Assembly: GCA_005883075.1 (NCBI GenBank)
Contig: VBAX01000048.1
Span: 35,475-99,474 of the forward strand
Direction: 5' to 3'
DNA: 64,000 nucleotides
From: Candidatus Bathyarchaeota archaeon
GTDB taxonomy: Archaea > Thermoproteota > Bathyarchaeia > 40CM-2-53-6
The notes below the pieces were generated by a model, which saw nothing but the letters and a program-made list of their open reading frames with translations, searched no databases and had not been told where the DNA came from. Every line of letters starts with the position of its first letter. Positions within the stretch are counted from its first letter, which is position 1. Positions 49,245-59,047 of the stretch are shown here, piece after piece. Both the position numbers and the translations under genes were made by a program.

Positions 49245-50507
49245 CTAATATCGGCGTCTGTGTCTTTGGAATCTTGGTGGACGACGGGTCGGACGCCTTC
49301 CACGACCTCTCTGGTGTCTTTCTCCACCTCGCCTCGGGCCGTAGGGACGAGGCGGGAGGAACAATGTCGGGTACGATCTTCGGCCAGGAGATGTGAGTCT
49401 GATCATCTCTTGAATGTTTGAGGAAGTTGTTCTTCTTATTCTCTCAAAGATAGAGTCATCGTTTCGACTTACAAGGGATACTGCGATTCCAGCACTTCCA
49501 GCACGGGCAGTTCTGCCGATTCTATGGAAGTACGTGAGGGGTTCTTCCGGCAAGTCGAAGTTAATCACGTGGCTTACGTTCGTAATGTCGAGGCCCCTCG
49601 CCGCCACGTCAGTAGCGACTAGAACTGCGACTGATCCGCCGCGAAAAGCCTGCATTGCCCTATCTCTTTGACCTTGGGACAGATCTCCATGAATCGCTAA
49701 CGCATTGTAGCCCTCGACCCTTAGTGCTTGAGCAAGCCGACCCGCCCTGATCTTGGTCGAACAGAATATGAGTCCTCTCGTTATCTTCTCCGCTTCTAGA
49801 AGGGAGCAGAGAGCTGGAAATTTTTCATTCTCTTCAGCCCATGTATATTTCTGTGAGACAGATTCAACAGCGATCTCGTCGCTATCAACAAAGATTCTCA
49901 GGGGATTCTTCATGTAATGATGGGCGAGCCTAATTATCTCGTCAGGCATAGTAGCTGAGAACAAGGTTGTTTGACGGGGACCCGGGACTCTCTCGAGTAT
50001 CAACCTCACGTCATCGATGAACCCCATGTCTAACATTCTATCCGCCTCGTCCAGCACAACGAATCGGACCCGATCCAGGTCCACTGTTCTTCTCTCCAGA
50101 TGGTCAAGAAGTCTGCCCGGAGTGGCGACGATAACTTTCGTGGTCGGCCTTTCTAGTTTGTTCAGCTGAACTCCTATGCTCTGACCACCGTAGACTGGGA
50201 CCGTTCTTATTGGCATGTGGCGAGCGAGGCGCTCGAATTCTCCCGCAACTTGGACTGCCAGTTCACGTGTTGGCACTAGCACGAGCGCCTGGAGCCCATG
50301 AATGTGGTTATCGATCCTCTGGAGTATCGGAAGGGCATAGGCAAGCGTCTTTCCCGACCCAGTGTGTGCCTGCCCAATGATGTCTCTTCCTTGAAGAATA
50401 GGTGCGATAGCTTCCGCTTGAATTGGGAACATCTCGTCGAAGCCCATATCCTTGATTCCCTGAAGAAGCCGGGGTTGGAAACCTAGGGCTTCGAACTGCT
50501 GAGCCAA
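49245..50507 (-). CDS. DEAD-box RNA helicase
   Basis: AHTGSGKT, PTRELA, DEAD, SAT, HRIGRTAR; Arg-rich tail. Confidence 0.95.
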   Translation of the reverse strand: MAQQFEALGFQPRLLQGIKDMGFDEMFPIQAEAIAPILQGRDIIGQAHTGSGKTLAYALPILQRIDNHIHGLQALVLVPTRELAVQVAGEFERLARHMPIRTVPVYGGQSIGVQLNKLERPTTKVIVATPGRLLDHLERRTVDLDRVRFVVLDEADRMLDMGFIDDVRLILERVPGPRQTTLFSATMPDEIIRLAHHYMKNPLRIFVDSDEIAVESVSQKYTWAEENEKFPALCSLLEAEKITRGLIFCSTKIRAGRLAQALRVEGYNALAIHGDLSQGQRDRAMQAFRGGSVAVLVATDVAARGLDITNVSHVINFDLPEEPLTYFHRIGRTARAGSAGIAVSLVSRNDDSIFERIRRTTSSNIQEMIRLTSPGRRSYPTLFLPPRPYGPRRGGERHQRGRGRRPTRRPPRFQRHRRRY

Positions 50508-50598
50508 CTATTGTTCTAACAGTAGGTCGGGCCGGCCCATAAAGACCTTCCAGTCTCGGGGATCCCGATCCGAACGAAGAGGAAACCGGTTTCTTTAC

Positions 50599-50778
50599 TT
50601 ATGGCCTTTTGGTTCTTTTCCAGAGACTAGACGCGTCATCGGCGAGGCCCTCGTGACGATGCTCCCAAGCTTGATGCTTGGGCATATGATCTTCGCAGAA
50701 AGTCTTGCCGCAATACTCACACTTCTTGTTCTGTTGCGTTACACGTCCGCATTCGTCACATTTTTCCAAATCAAACAA
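50599..50778 (-). CDS. 59-aa AN1-type zinc-finger protein (not in the ORF track)
   Basis: MFDLEKCDECGRVTQQNKKCEYCGKTFCEDHMPKHQAWEHRHEGLADDASSLWKRTKRP*; TTG start, with an alternative TTG at 50769. Confidence 0.75.
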   Translation of the reverse strand: MFDLEKCDECGRVTQQNKKCEYCGKTFCEDHMPKHQAWEHRHEGLADDASSLWKRTKRP

Positions 50779-50817
50779 CTTCGAACGGAGACAATATTGA
50801 TGATAATCGCGGGAGGT

Positions 50818-51129
50818 TTAAGCTTGAGCCTGGACCGGGCTTACTTCCTGGTTGTAATTCCACTTTACGATCAGTTCTTGCAAAAGTTTCGCACGATCGT
50901 TGGTGAGGTTCAGCTTGAAAACTCTCACACGTCCGTAGTCTCTTTCCTCCACAATTCCTGCCTTTGATAAGTCGTCCAAATGCCTCTCGGTAGCGCTGTA
51001 GCTTTGGTCGGTTCTCTTTGCTATCTCCGTCAAGTGCAGTTGCTCAACTTCGGAGAGAAGGGTCAGTATTCGAATTCTGCCGCTGCTCGAGAGGATCTTG
51101 TATAGGGGTGGACTTTTTTCTCCGGCCAA
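50818..51129 (-). CDS. ArsR-like winged-helix protein, probably co-transcribed with cdc6
   Basis: RIRIL..L......LTEIA......S...RHL..L...GIV; starts 2 nt after the cdc6 stop. Confidence 0.8.
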   Translation of the reverse strand: MAGEKSPPLYKILSSSGRIRILTLLSEVEQLHLTEIAKRTDQSYSATERHLDDLSKAGIVEERDYGRVRVFKLNLTNDRAKLLQELIVKWNYNQEVSPVQAQA

Positions 51130-51131
51130 GG

Positions 51132-52358
51132 CTAGGCTCGAATGGAGAGGGTTGATTCAAGCCATCGGCGTATGGCGGAGGCAGGGGCCGAGGATATTCC
51201 TAGCAGGGTTGTTTTGCCTCTGAAGCCGGTAGTGGAGAGTTGGGTGGAGAGGATGCCTGTAGCGTTCAGGTTCTGGACGTACTTCCATACTTGCGTGTGG
51301 GCCCGGTATGTTTCTTTGTGTTCCTCGCAAGCCATACGGTAGGCTATCTCGACATCGCCCATAGTGGCGTATGTTGCGTTGTTTCTCTCCAAGACCCGTG
51401 CTAGTGCTAGGAGTATTAGTTTCTCGTGGAGGTTGAGGTGCTGGGAGTATTCTGTGCGTAGAACAGGATATACGCTGTTTGCAGCGGCTCTGATATGATC
51501 AGGCTTCACCTCTCTCGCCCCTTCCGTGTCAGCATACTTTCCACCCCTCCAAAGTAGTTCGATAGCATAGCGAGCGTCGCCCCCGAGCGTGGCCATGTCA
51601 GCTATGAAGTTCAAGACCTCTTCAGGGACAGTTGCTTCTTTGAATGCGAGCTCTGCCCTCTCTCTGAGAATATTTTCCAGTTGCGGAGTGGTGTAATGAT
51701 CTAGACGGATGACATTTCGCTGGAGAGTGCTCTGAGTACTTCTATCGAGATCGTCGAGATTCTTGATCTCCCGCAGGATGATAATGAGGGACAATCTTAC
51801 TGGCCGGCCAGGGCGCTCCTCTTGGATGCGTGTGAGATTGTAGAGGCTGGTGGAGCCTTCTGCTTTGATGAGCGAGTCCGCCTCGTCGAGGGTGAGGATG
51901 ACGTGGAGTTTCTTGTCCTCCAGCTGGTCTAGGAGGATGTGCAGTAGTTCCTCGCTAGAGAACCCTCGCTGGGGGAATTGCGGCGTAAAGGTCTGGAGGA
52001 CCCGTTTGAGGATCATGAAGAGGCTTCCCCGATACTCGCGGCAGTTGACGTGTATGTAGGCGAGGTTGAGCTTCATGGTCTTGGCGGTGCGCTGGATGTC
52101 GGTGCCGAATCGTTGTGTCAGAACGGTCTTACCGGTTCCAATGTCGCCAGTGATGAGGACCTTGGGGCTGGTGGTTCCGGGTTTGTCTATGACTGATCGG
52201 AAGAGTTCGGCGAGGAATCGTAGCTGGTTTTCCCGGTGGGGTAGCCGGTTTGGGAGCCATTCGAGGCTGAGGGGTCCTTCATCTTTGAATATGGTGGGTT
52301 TGGAGAGGGCGTCCCGTACTATCTCGGAGGGGGCGGAGAGGCTTGTTTTCTCGATCAT
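51132..52358 (-). CDS. cdc6: Orc1/Cdc6 replication initiator
   Basis: LPHRE, GDIGTGKT, VNCR, LDEAD, GDAR, C-terminal wHTH (GFRGKTT). Confidence 0.93.
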   Translation of the reverse strand: MIEKTSLSAPSEIVRDALSKPTIFKDEGPLSLEWLPNRLPHRENQLRFLAELFRSVIDKPGTTSPKVLITGDIGTGKTVLTQRFGTDIQRTAKTMKLNLAYIHVNCREYRGSLFMILKRVLQTFTPQFPQRGFSSEELLHILLDQLEDKKLHVILTLDEADSLIKAEGSTSLYNLTRIQEERPGRPVRLSLIIILREIKNLDDLDRSTQSTLQRNVIRLDHYTTPQLENILRERAELAFKEATVPEEVLNFIADMATLGGDARYAIELLWRGGKYADTEGAREVKPDHIRAAANSVYPVLRTEYSQHLNLHEKLILLALARVLERNNATYATMGDVEIAYRMACEEHKETYRAHTQVWKYVQNLNATGILSTQLSTTGFRGKTTLLGISSAPASAIRRWLESTLSIRA

Positions 52359-52491
52359 GACGAATACTTACACCTGAAAGCTCTCAAACTATACTGATGA
52401 ACGTATAAAATGAGCAGAGATGGATAAAAGTAATCGGACCCCATGAAGGCCCTGATGTTGGGGTATTTGTCCTTAGTTGTAGCCTGTGAGG

Positions 52492-53187
52492 TTAGGATCG
52501 CCTAAGCCCGAGGCGAGATCGTAGACCAACAGTCGTCCGAAGTTTCTTGATGAATGATCGGTCGAGTAATTCCTTGGGAGTCTCTCGACGAGCTTTCACG
52601 TTAAAGGTCACATAGGAGGGTATCCCTGGGTAATTGCAAAGATAATTCACTTCGTTACCAGCGTCTGGGAACGGCTCGGGGATTCCATATCCACGTTTCT
52701 CCCAGAGCCATCGGGGATACAGGGTGAATCCTCCGCATCCCGCAACTCGCTCCCAGCCTGCGGGAATTTGCTCGTGCCTTGGATAATAATGGTAGGACTT
52801 TCTCTTCATCTCGGGTGTGGCCCAGGTGTCCCAGTATCGGACTCTTGATGGGTACTTGGAACTGTCGAGGAACCAATTTGTAGCTCCGAGAACGCAATCC
52901 ATATTGTAGTTGGCATATTCTTTTATCAACAGTCTGATTTCGTGGACTTGATCCAAATAGTAGCTGTCTATGCTCAGAAAATGCTCCGTATCCGGATGTA
53001 GTTTCAATAATTTCTTGTTAGCCGTGTTTCTCCTGTTAGCTAGATATTTCACCCGTTCCCATGTCTTGACGGGGGGATAATGCGCGAACTCTTTGTAACC
53101 CTCAGTGTGACAATAGAATGGGACTTCCCCAATACTCCAATTCTCTTCTCTTCCGCTAATGCACACTGCTGCAATATTCTGTTTCAT
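52492..53187 (-). CDS. Putative GT-A-fold glycosyltransferase-like protein
   Basis: LA..RN, FLSIDS (DxD-like), ..GCGGFTLYP. Confidence 0.5.
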   Translation of the reverse strand: MKQNIAAVCISGREENWSIGEVPFYCHTEGYKEFAHYPPVKTWERVKYLANRRNTANKKLLKLHPDTEHFLSIDSYYLDQVHEIRLLIKEYANYNMDCVLGATNWFLDSSKYPSRVRYWDTWATPEMKRKSYHYYPRHEQIPAGWERVAGCGGFTLYPRWLWEKRGYGIPEPFPDAGNEVNYLCNYPGIPSYVTFNVKARRETPKELLDRSFIKKLRTTVGLRSRLGLRRS

Positions 53188-53252
53188 TTCGAACCGCGTT
53201 CTAACCTAGTCAATACCAGGTGAATGAGACCAACTCATGCCTTTTTCGGGCG

Positions 53253-54410
53253 TCAAGGACGCGTGGATGGTAATTCTGCCACTCTTTCCGAGATTATTTT
53301 CCGGATTTGATCATCGAAAGAGTCCGCACTGAACATTTGCGCTTTCTCTGCAATGTACTCCGGGCTGTCCTTTACAGCATCACTCTCGAATGCCTGTTCT
53401 ACAAGCCTAGCGGCCTCCTCGAGGGATCGGTACATGTATCCAGTGCCACTAGCCTGCACCATTTCGGCACCTCCTCCCGCAGAAGGGGTGACAGGGATGC
53501 AACCTGCGCCCATCGCCTGCCCAAGACTTATGCTAACTCCTAGTTCAACACTCGGGTATAGGTACAGCTTCGCGCACTCCACTAACTCCTTACACTGCCG
53601 GACAATGCCCTCTACGAGTTTCGCATTGGGGGGAAGACTGTCAATGAGCTTCTCTTTGTACCTCGGAAAGAGAGCCTCCTCTGTCTTACTCATCTTCCCC
53701 ACAATCACGAACTTGTAATGGGGAAGTTTGCGCGCGATTTCAATGAAATCTTCAAGTCGCTTGCTCGGCACAAGCCGGCTGGTATTTATGGCATATTTTT
53801 CTTTCGGCATCGGGCGGAAGGACATTTCACAAGGTGGAAAAACGGACGGACTGTGAGGGTAGCAGAGGGCATCCATCGATTCTTCTATGGCGTGGCTGAG
53901 GGGGATGAAGAAATTGTCCTTTTCGGACATCCGAATGGCGTAGTGTTTGTAGAGCCTTTGGAGAGGAGAGTAGTACAATGACTTGATTAGTGATTTCTTC
54001 ATCGCTGAGCCTATTTGGTGACCGTAGAAGAAGTCGGCGAGATCATAAGCTACGCAGAGGTTGAACAAGTTCGGTTTGAAGTAGAGCATGGACTGGGTTG
54101 AGAAAACGAACTCGCAATCGTTCGGGATCTTGATGGAGTTTAGCAGCCTAACGCTATAGATTGCCCTTTGATACGCTAGAAACTGTTTGGTTAGAAAAGG
54201 CCTGAATTCTCCTAAAACGGGGACGTGAGTGCAATTTTTCATTATTCCTCCGAGTCCGAAGTGTCGATCGGCTTCCTCCGGATTGAAATTGTCACAAGCT
54301 AGGTAAACGTGATATCCCAACTCCTGTAACACTTTGCAGACGTGAAGACCTACGACCTCGCCTCCTCCGTAGAGGGTGAAACGAGGATGGATGACAATGA
54401 CGTCTTTCAT
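53253..54410 (-). CDS. GT4-family glycosyltransferase
   Basis: GGGEVV, SRL.P.KR, YLYPS..E..G.S...AM.AGC; ATG 54410 overlaps the upstream stop (ATGA). Confidence 0.85.
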   Translation of the reverse strand: MKDVIVIHPRFTLYGGGEVVGLHVCKVLQELGYHVYLACDNFNPEEADRHFGLGGIMKNCTHVPVLGEFRPFLTKQFLAYQRAIYSVRLLNSIKIPNDCEFVFSTQSMLYFKPNLFNLCVAYDLADFFYGHQIGSAMKKSLIKSLYYSPLQRLYKHYAIRMSEKDNFFIPLSHAIEESMDALCYPHSPSVFPPCEMSFRPMPKEKYAINTSRLVPSKRLEDFIEIARKLPHYKFVIVGKMSKTEEALFPRYKEKLIDSLPPNAKLVEGIVRQCKELVECAKLYLYPSVELGVSISLGQAMGAGCIPVTPSAGGGAEMVQASGTGYMYRSLEEAARLVEQAFESDAVKDSPEYIAEKAQMFSADSFDDQIRKIISERVAELPSTRP

Positions 54411-54952
54411 CGTCTTTCGCGTTCGACTGAGTAGTAACTCCATCGAAACATCAGATGGGCCTTGGAGATCAATCCGCCGAAACGCGGTTTCATAGCGATT
54501 CTTCGAAGCATCCTGCTCACTTCTATGCCGATGCTGGTCCTTGGAAGTTTTAGGAATCGAAGGCCTGGGAGCTGAAGCCATTCGTGTTCCGGAGTGGCCC
54601 ACATTGCAAAACTCGTCCAATTATCTTGGCGAGCTATTAGGGTCGAGCCAACTCGGAGTATTTCTCTGATCGCATCCCATGGATGAGTCACGTGCTCAAG
54701 GACGTTGTAAGCCTTGACTATTTCGAATGACTTGTCTCGGAACGGCAAAAATTCCGCGCTCGCTCGGACAAAGAATGGCGGCGGTGTTTGCGGAATATCG
54801 ATGTCAACGCAGACACCCGCCCGAGGAACAGTGCCGAAAACGCCCGCACCCACTCCGACATCTAGGTCGGCTGCTGTCGAATCTGCAATTTGGTGAGAAA
54901 GTTCCCTAATTCTCACGTTAAACCAGACGTCCAGTTCACTAATCTGCGGCAA
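54407..54952 (-). CDS. Class I SAM-dependent methyltransferase
   Basis: LDVGVGAG, LPF.D.SF, VLEHV. Confidence 0.8.
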   Translation of the reverse strand: MPQISELDVWFNVRIRELSHQIADSTAADLDVGVGAGVFGTVPRAGVCVDIDIPQTPPPFFVRASAEFLPFRDKSFEIVKAYNVLEHVTHPWDAIREILRVGSTLIARQDNWTSFAMWATPEHEWLQLPGLRFLKLPRTSIGIEVSRMLRRIAMKPRFGGLISKAHLMFRWSYYSVERERR

Positions 54953-56162
54953 TTACTTTGAAGCTTGGGAGTGGGACGATGAACTTGCCTCCTGATTCTA
55001 GGTACGTTTCTTCCTCTTTCATGATCTCGTTCAGGAAATGATGGGGAAGGACAAGGAAGAAGTCGGGGTTATCTCGTCGCGCTTCGTCCTTTGATACGAT
55101 GGGAATCTCAGTTCCCGGTGTCTTACGTCCCCACTTCTCGGGATTCGCGTCTGTTGCTCTCTTGATAAGATGATAATCTAGCTTACAATACTGGAGTATG
55201 GTGTTGCCTCGGGTTGAGGCTCCATATCTGCCTTTTTTGGTTTGGTCTTTTATGAACTCGTTAAGTTGTGATCTGATTCTTCGAACATTTTTCGCGAAGC
55301 TTGTGTATATTGAAGGCTTGCTCGAGAACAACCTCCTCTCAAATTCATTCATCTTCTCTACGCTATCTAGGAGTGGGAACTGTCCCCTCCTTGCAACGTA
55401 TGTGCGGAAGCTTCCGCCATTGACATCATTCTTCTCAATGTCAAAGATTTCTAGATCGTAGTTGCTCAAAAGTCGGTTCATTGTGCCCAGCGAATAGTAA
55501 GTAAGGTGCTCGTGACCTATGTTGTCGAAACCGTTCTGCTCCAGCATCGAGCACAAGTAGTTCTGCTGAATCACCCATGCGCCTTGCGGATCGAGGCACT
55601 TCACTATATCTGCCACGAAAGTGTCGGGGTCATCTAGATCGTAAAACATTGCGACGCTGGTAATTAGCTTCGCTTTCGAGCTAGGGAACTTTTGTCTGAA
55701 TAATTCGTAACCAAAGAAATCGTTGAATACGAACTCTGTGCCTTTTCTTGCCTCTTCGACGAGATTCTTCGCCGGTTCAAATCCGACCAATCTCAGTCCA
55801 GGAATCTTGTATGATCGCAGAAGCGTTCCGTCGTTGCAACCGATGTCTACAACAATGTCGCCATTTTTGGGCTGAGCAATTTCGCACGACTTGACGACTA
55901 AGTCCTCAAGAGCCTTTCTCATTGTCGAGCTTATTCCTGAACGGTACCAATAGTGACGGTAGAGGGAATCTCGGGGGAACGTATGTTTCAGTTGGACAAG
56001 GTTGCAAGAGGTACATCGCATTAATTCGAGAGGAGATCGCGGGCTGTCTCCTTCGGCTGTCACGAAATCAGAAACGTGTTGGTTGCCTAGCGATAGGATT
56101 TGGACAAGAGTCCTCGAATGGCAAAGTCTACAGTCTTTGATCGGGATGGCGATCGGGCCCAA
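54939..56162 (-). CDS. NDP-sugar C-methyltransferase (Zn-binding; TcaB9/EryBIII-like)
   Basis: CRLC..CTSCNLVQL, YWYRS, DIGCNDG, HEH..YYS, NGGS, YGASTRGNT, GGKFIVPLP; start likely TTG 56162. Confidence 0.85.
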   Translation of the reverse strand: MGPIAIPIKDCRLCHSRTLVQILSLGNQHVSDFVTAEGDSPRSPLELMRCTSCNLVQLKHTFPRDSLYRHYWYRSGISSTMRKALEDLVVKSCEIAQPKNGDIVVDIGCNDGTLLRSYKIPGLRLVGFEPAKNLVEEARKGTEFVFNDFFGYELFRQKFPSSKAKLITSVAMFYDLDDPDTFVADIVKCLDPQGAWVIQQNYLCSMLEQNGFDNIGHEHLTYYSLGTMNRLLSNYDLEIFDIEKNDVNGGSFRTYVARRGQFPLLDSVEKMNEFERRLFSSKPSIYTSFAKNVRRIRSQLNEFIKDQTKKGRYGASTRGNTILQYCKLDYHLIKRATDANPEKWGRKTPGTEIPIVSKDEARRDNPDFFLVLPHHFLNEIMKEEETYLESGGKFIVPLPSFKVIAAD

Positions 56163-56377
56163 GGGTTCTCTTGTCTCTGTGTGGAATTGATTCGGATTGG
56201 ATTCACGTCCTCCTTCAAGACGCCTATAAACTACTTGAGTGTTCAATGCTCTCCACTGTTCATGCGATATGAACGACTTCAGAACAGATTTCGAAGTCAA
56301 GAGCCTAGGGCTTGATAGGCCCGAATTAGCGAATTTGGACTGCAAAACTATTATTCACTGAATGTGAGAAGGCAATC

Positions 56378-56728
56378 ATGACTAATGTAACCGCTATCGA
56401 GGAACTTGCATCGGAGACGTGTGTTGAACGGAAAGGAATTCCTCCGATGCCTCGGCGGGAAGCCGAACAACTCTTGCGACTCCTTCCGGGATGGATTCTG
56501 ACAGACGGCTCAATCGAAAAGGAGTTCCATTTCAAGTCCTATCTCAATGGCTTGGACTTCGCGTATTCGGTTGGCAAGATTGCCGAGGCGCAAGATCATC
56601 ACCCTGACATTCTGATCAAATGGAGACGTGTGAAGCTAATACTTTCCACTCACTCTGTCAAAGGGTTGAGTCAGAATGACTTCATAGTCGCGGCGAGATC
56701 CGAACTCAAATATAGGGAATCGGTTTGA
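56378..56728 (+). CDS. Pterin-4-alpha-carbinolamine dehydratase
   Basis: AE..DHHPD, THS..GLS.NDF..A. Confidence 0.9.
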   Translation: MTNVTAIEELASETCVERKGIPPMPRREAEQLLRLLPGWILTDGSIEKEFHFKSYLNGLDFAYSVGKIAEAQDHHPDILIKWRRVKLILSTHSVKGLSQNDFIVAARSELKYRESV

Positions 56729-56772
56729 GTGCATGCTAAGGTCGTCAGAATGTTGTCGAGGAGGGGGTAATT

Positions 56773-58209
56773 TCAATCAGTCTTATTTCTGATGACGCCC
56801 TTTTTCCACGCAACCGCTGAAAGCGCCACAATGCTAGTAAGTGCAGTGGCAGCGGCGGCTGTAGTAAGGGCCGGTCCCTGCGCGCTCAGCCACGTTGGCT
56901 TCACTTCAAATGTTGTTAAAGCCGACGCGTCCTGAACATTTGCCGCGTGAGCCAGTGCGACGATAGAGTATGTTCCTATGAGTCCAGTACTCGGAATAGC
57001 ATAAGTTGCCTTGAAGAGGCCGCTTCCGATGAATGTGCTAGCAATGGTAATGTCGGTTCCGTCAGGTTTCGTTAATGTTAGTTGCAATTGGACGGTTGTC
57101 GAGTTTAGAGGGGTCCCGCTAAGGGTTGCAAGGGTATAGACCGCGACAGTGTCTCCTGGAAAGTACAGAGTTCCCACGTCAACAGTCAGAGCCAAAGCAT
57201 TGATTTGAGTAACTTGAAAACTTGCGACAGCAGATGTCCCTGTTATTTCGTCCAGTGCTTTTACCAAGTGCGCACCTACTTGTGCGTCCGGGACGTCGAA
57301 GGTGAATCTGAATGTCCCGTTCGTCGTGGTCGCGAAGCCCGATAGCATGTCATCGAAAGTTACCATGACCGTGCCGGGGCCGTAGGTTGAAGTCGGGAAT
57401 CCTGAGCCCTGAACTAGAACTTTGGTTCCAATAGGACCAATTGAGGGATTGAGCATGATAGCGGGGCAGGCCGCACTTCCTCGGCTCAAGGTAAAGTTGT
57501 CAAATGCAACCTTCACGAAGGTATGTGTGAAGGCGAAGTCGTGGCTCCACGCGACTATGTCAAGATGTATATCTTGCGTAATCGAGGGGCCAGTGTGGAT
57601 TGTAACCCAGTTTCCAGAACTCAGGTAGTAACCGGTTTCGGACCCAGCAGACCTAACCAGCCTTAGACTCCCTGAAATGTCAGAGGTTGGAATCAGTCCG
57701 TGAACCCGGTCGAGAAAATCCGTTAAGTACACTTCCCTGGGAACGCCTGGCGCGTCACCAGTCGGGCTTCCAAAACTTGTTCGCTCAGCCGCGAAAGGTG
57801 GAGTGGTGAAGAAGTCTGAGGCGAAGAATGGCCCGGGAGTGGATGCGAGTCCAACTCTCACTCCGTTGGAAAAAGTCCAGTTTACAAGTCGAAAGTTGAC
57901 TTGGGCATCGAAATCTCCTTTCACAGTGCATCGACTAGATAGCCCAGCTCCAAAGATGCCCAGCGACGGATCATTGGCAGAATTGGTTGGAAAGGACACC
58001 TCAACCGTTTGATTGACAACGGTCGCTGACGGACCAAATCCTGCTTGTGTCGCAATCCACAAGGAACCGTTGAGGTTGTCCCCGAGCGAGGCGAGTTTGC
58101 CCTGGTCGGATTGAACCGCCTTCGTGATAGTCGGCTTCATCAAGCTGATTCCGAGCACTACAAAGATGGAGACGATGATTAACAGAGAAGCTGCCGCGCG
58201 TTTGTCCAT
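56773..58209 (-). CDS. Cell-surface protein: signal peptide, beta-sandwich/Ig-like domains, C-terminal TM anchor
   Basis: N-terminal hydrophobic signal; Thr/Ser-rich beta domains (L.P..GP.GT.V.V.GSGF); C-terminal TM followed by a basic tail. Confidence 0.75.
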   Translation of the reverse strand: MDKRAAASLLIIVSIFVVLGISLMKPTITKAVQSDQGKLASLGDNLNGSLWIATQAGFGPSATVVNQTVEVSFPTNSANDPSLGIFGAGLSSRCTVKGDFDAQVNFRLVNWTFSNGVRVGLASTPGPFFASDFFTTPPFAAERTSFGSPTGDAPGVPREVYLTDFLDRVHGLIPTSDISGSLRLVRSAGSETGYYLSSGNWVTIHTGPSITQDIHLDIVAWSHDFAFTHTFVKVAFDNFTLSRGSAACPAIMLNPSIGPIGTKVLVQGSGFPTSTYGPGTVMVTFDDMLSGFATTTNGTFRFTFDVPDAQVGAHLVKALDEITGTSAVASFQVTQINALALTVDVGTLYFPGDTVAVYTLATLSGTPLNSTTVQLQLTLTKPDGTDITIASTFIGSGLFKATYAIPSTGLIGTYSIVALAHAANVQDASALTTFEVKPTWLSAQGPALTTAAAATALTSIVALSAVAWKKGVIRNKTD

Positions 58210-58310
58210 AACGAGAGAGCCTTCATCGTATCTCTTTGTTTTAAGAAATTAAACGTTCCTATTGAAATGGCCGAGGTTCTTTCCTTTGAAAGTAGGCTAT
58301 GAGGGGGCGG

Positions 58311-58505
58311 TCACCTTTTCGTCTTCAGATGCTCTTCTATCGTCCTGAGTTTGCTCTCTATGACTGTTAATCTGTCAAGTATCTCTTTGAGGATTCGGAC
58401 GCTTTCGTCGTTTCTCGGTACGTACTGGCTCGATGGTCTAAGGGGTGATGGGATCGGTTCAATGGGTGTCGGATGCAACGGGTCAAACGGTCTTCTGGGT
58501 TCCAT
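58311..58505 (-). CDS. Small protein with a Pro-rich N-terminus and coiled-coil C-terminus
   Basis: ILKEILDRLTVIESKLRTIEEHL heptad pattern. Confidence 0.55.
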   Translation of the reverse strand: MEPRRPFDPLHPTPIEPIPSPLRPSSQYVPRNDESVRILKEILDRLTVIESKLRTIEEHLKTKR

Positions 58506-58593
58506 TTGTGCAGGCCATTATCGAAGGGACTGTTTTGACTCTTTCCCTAAAAGGGATGTCGATAAGCGGTGGCGGACTCACCTGAAAGATGGC

Positions 58594-59043
58594 TCAGCCG
58601 AAGTATTTGCGAACCATCTTAACGCCAACATCGCTAGCGGCCCATTTTTCTCCGTTGAACTTGACCGCTCCCAGTCTCTCAAGATTGGCTAGGTGCTCTC
58701 CAAGTTTCTCGGCTGGAAATCCTTTCTCCTTGTGTCCAGGATATACGTCTCCCAGCGCTTTCGCGACTTCCTTTGCGCTCTTCGGAGTCTCGCAGATCCT
58801 GACGATCTGAATGTTCACCTCGGTTGTAGTGAGGATCCGGAAGATTTCCTCTTCTGAGAGACGGGGTTTTGTCATGAAACTTACCGCACCTGATGCCTGG
58901 GTTGGACCGGTCTTCGGCCCGTGTCTCCTCCGGCGGATAATCCGGTAGCTAATTACACCCCAGGTCGCGGCAAGGAGAGACCAGAGGAATGTCGGGTTCC
59001 CTAGAAGACCGACGATATCTTCGAATTGCAAGGTCATCACCAT
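58594..59043 (-). CDS. Membrane-anchored winged-helix protein
   Basis: One N-terminal TM, RRRR, then PKSAKEVA...LGEHLANLERLGAV..W wHTH. Confidence 0.7.
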   Translation of the reverse strand: MVMTLQFEDIVGLLGNPTFLWSLLAATWGVISYRIIRRRRHGPKTGPTQASGAVSFMTKPRLSEEEIFRILTTTEVNIQIVRICETPKSAKEVAKALGDVYPGHKEKGFPAEKLGEHLANLERLGAVKFNGEKWAASDVGVKMVRKYFG

Positions 59044-59047
59044 TGTT

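Noticed and set aside
50653..50967. 104-aa hydrophobic + strand ORF
   Set aside because: Antisense to the better-supported wHTH and AN1 genes
52359..52491. Replication origin (ORB boxes) next to cdc6
   Set aside because: No TTCCA..GAAA..GGG-type repeats on either side; the downstream gap is occupied by the wHTH and AN1 ORFs
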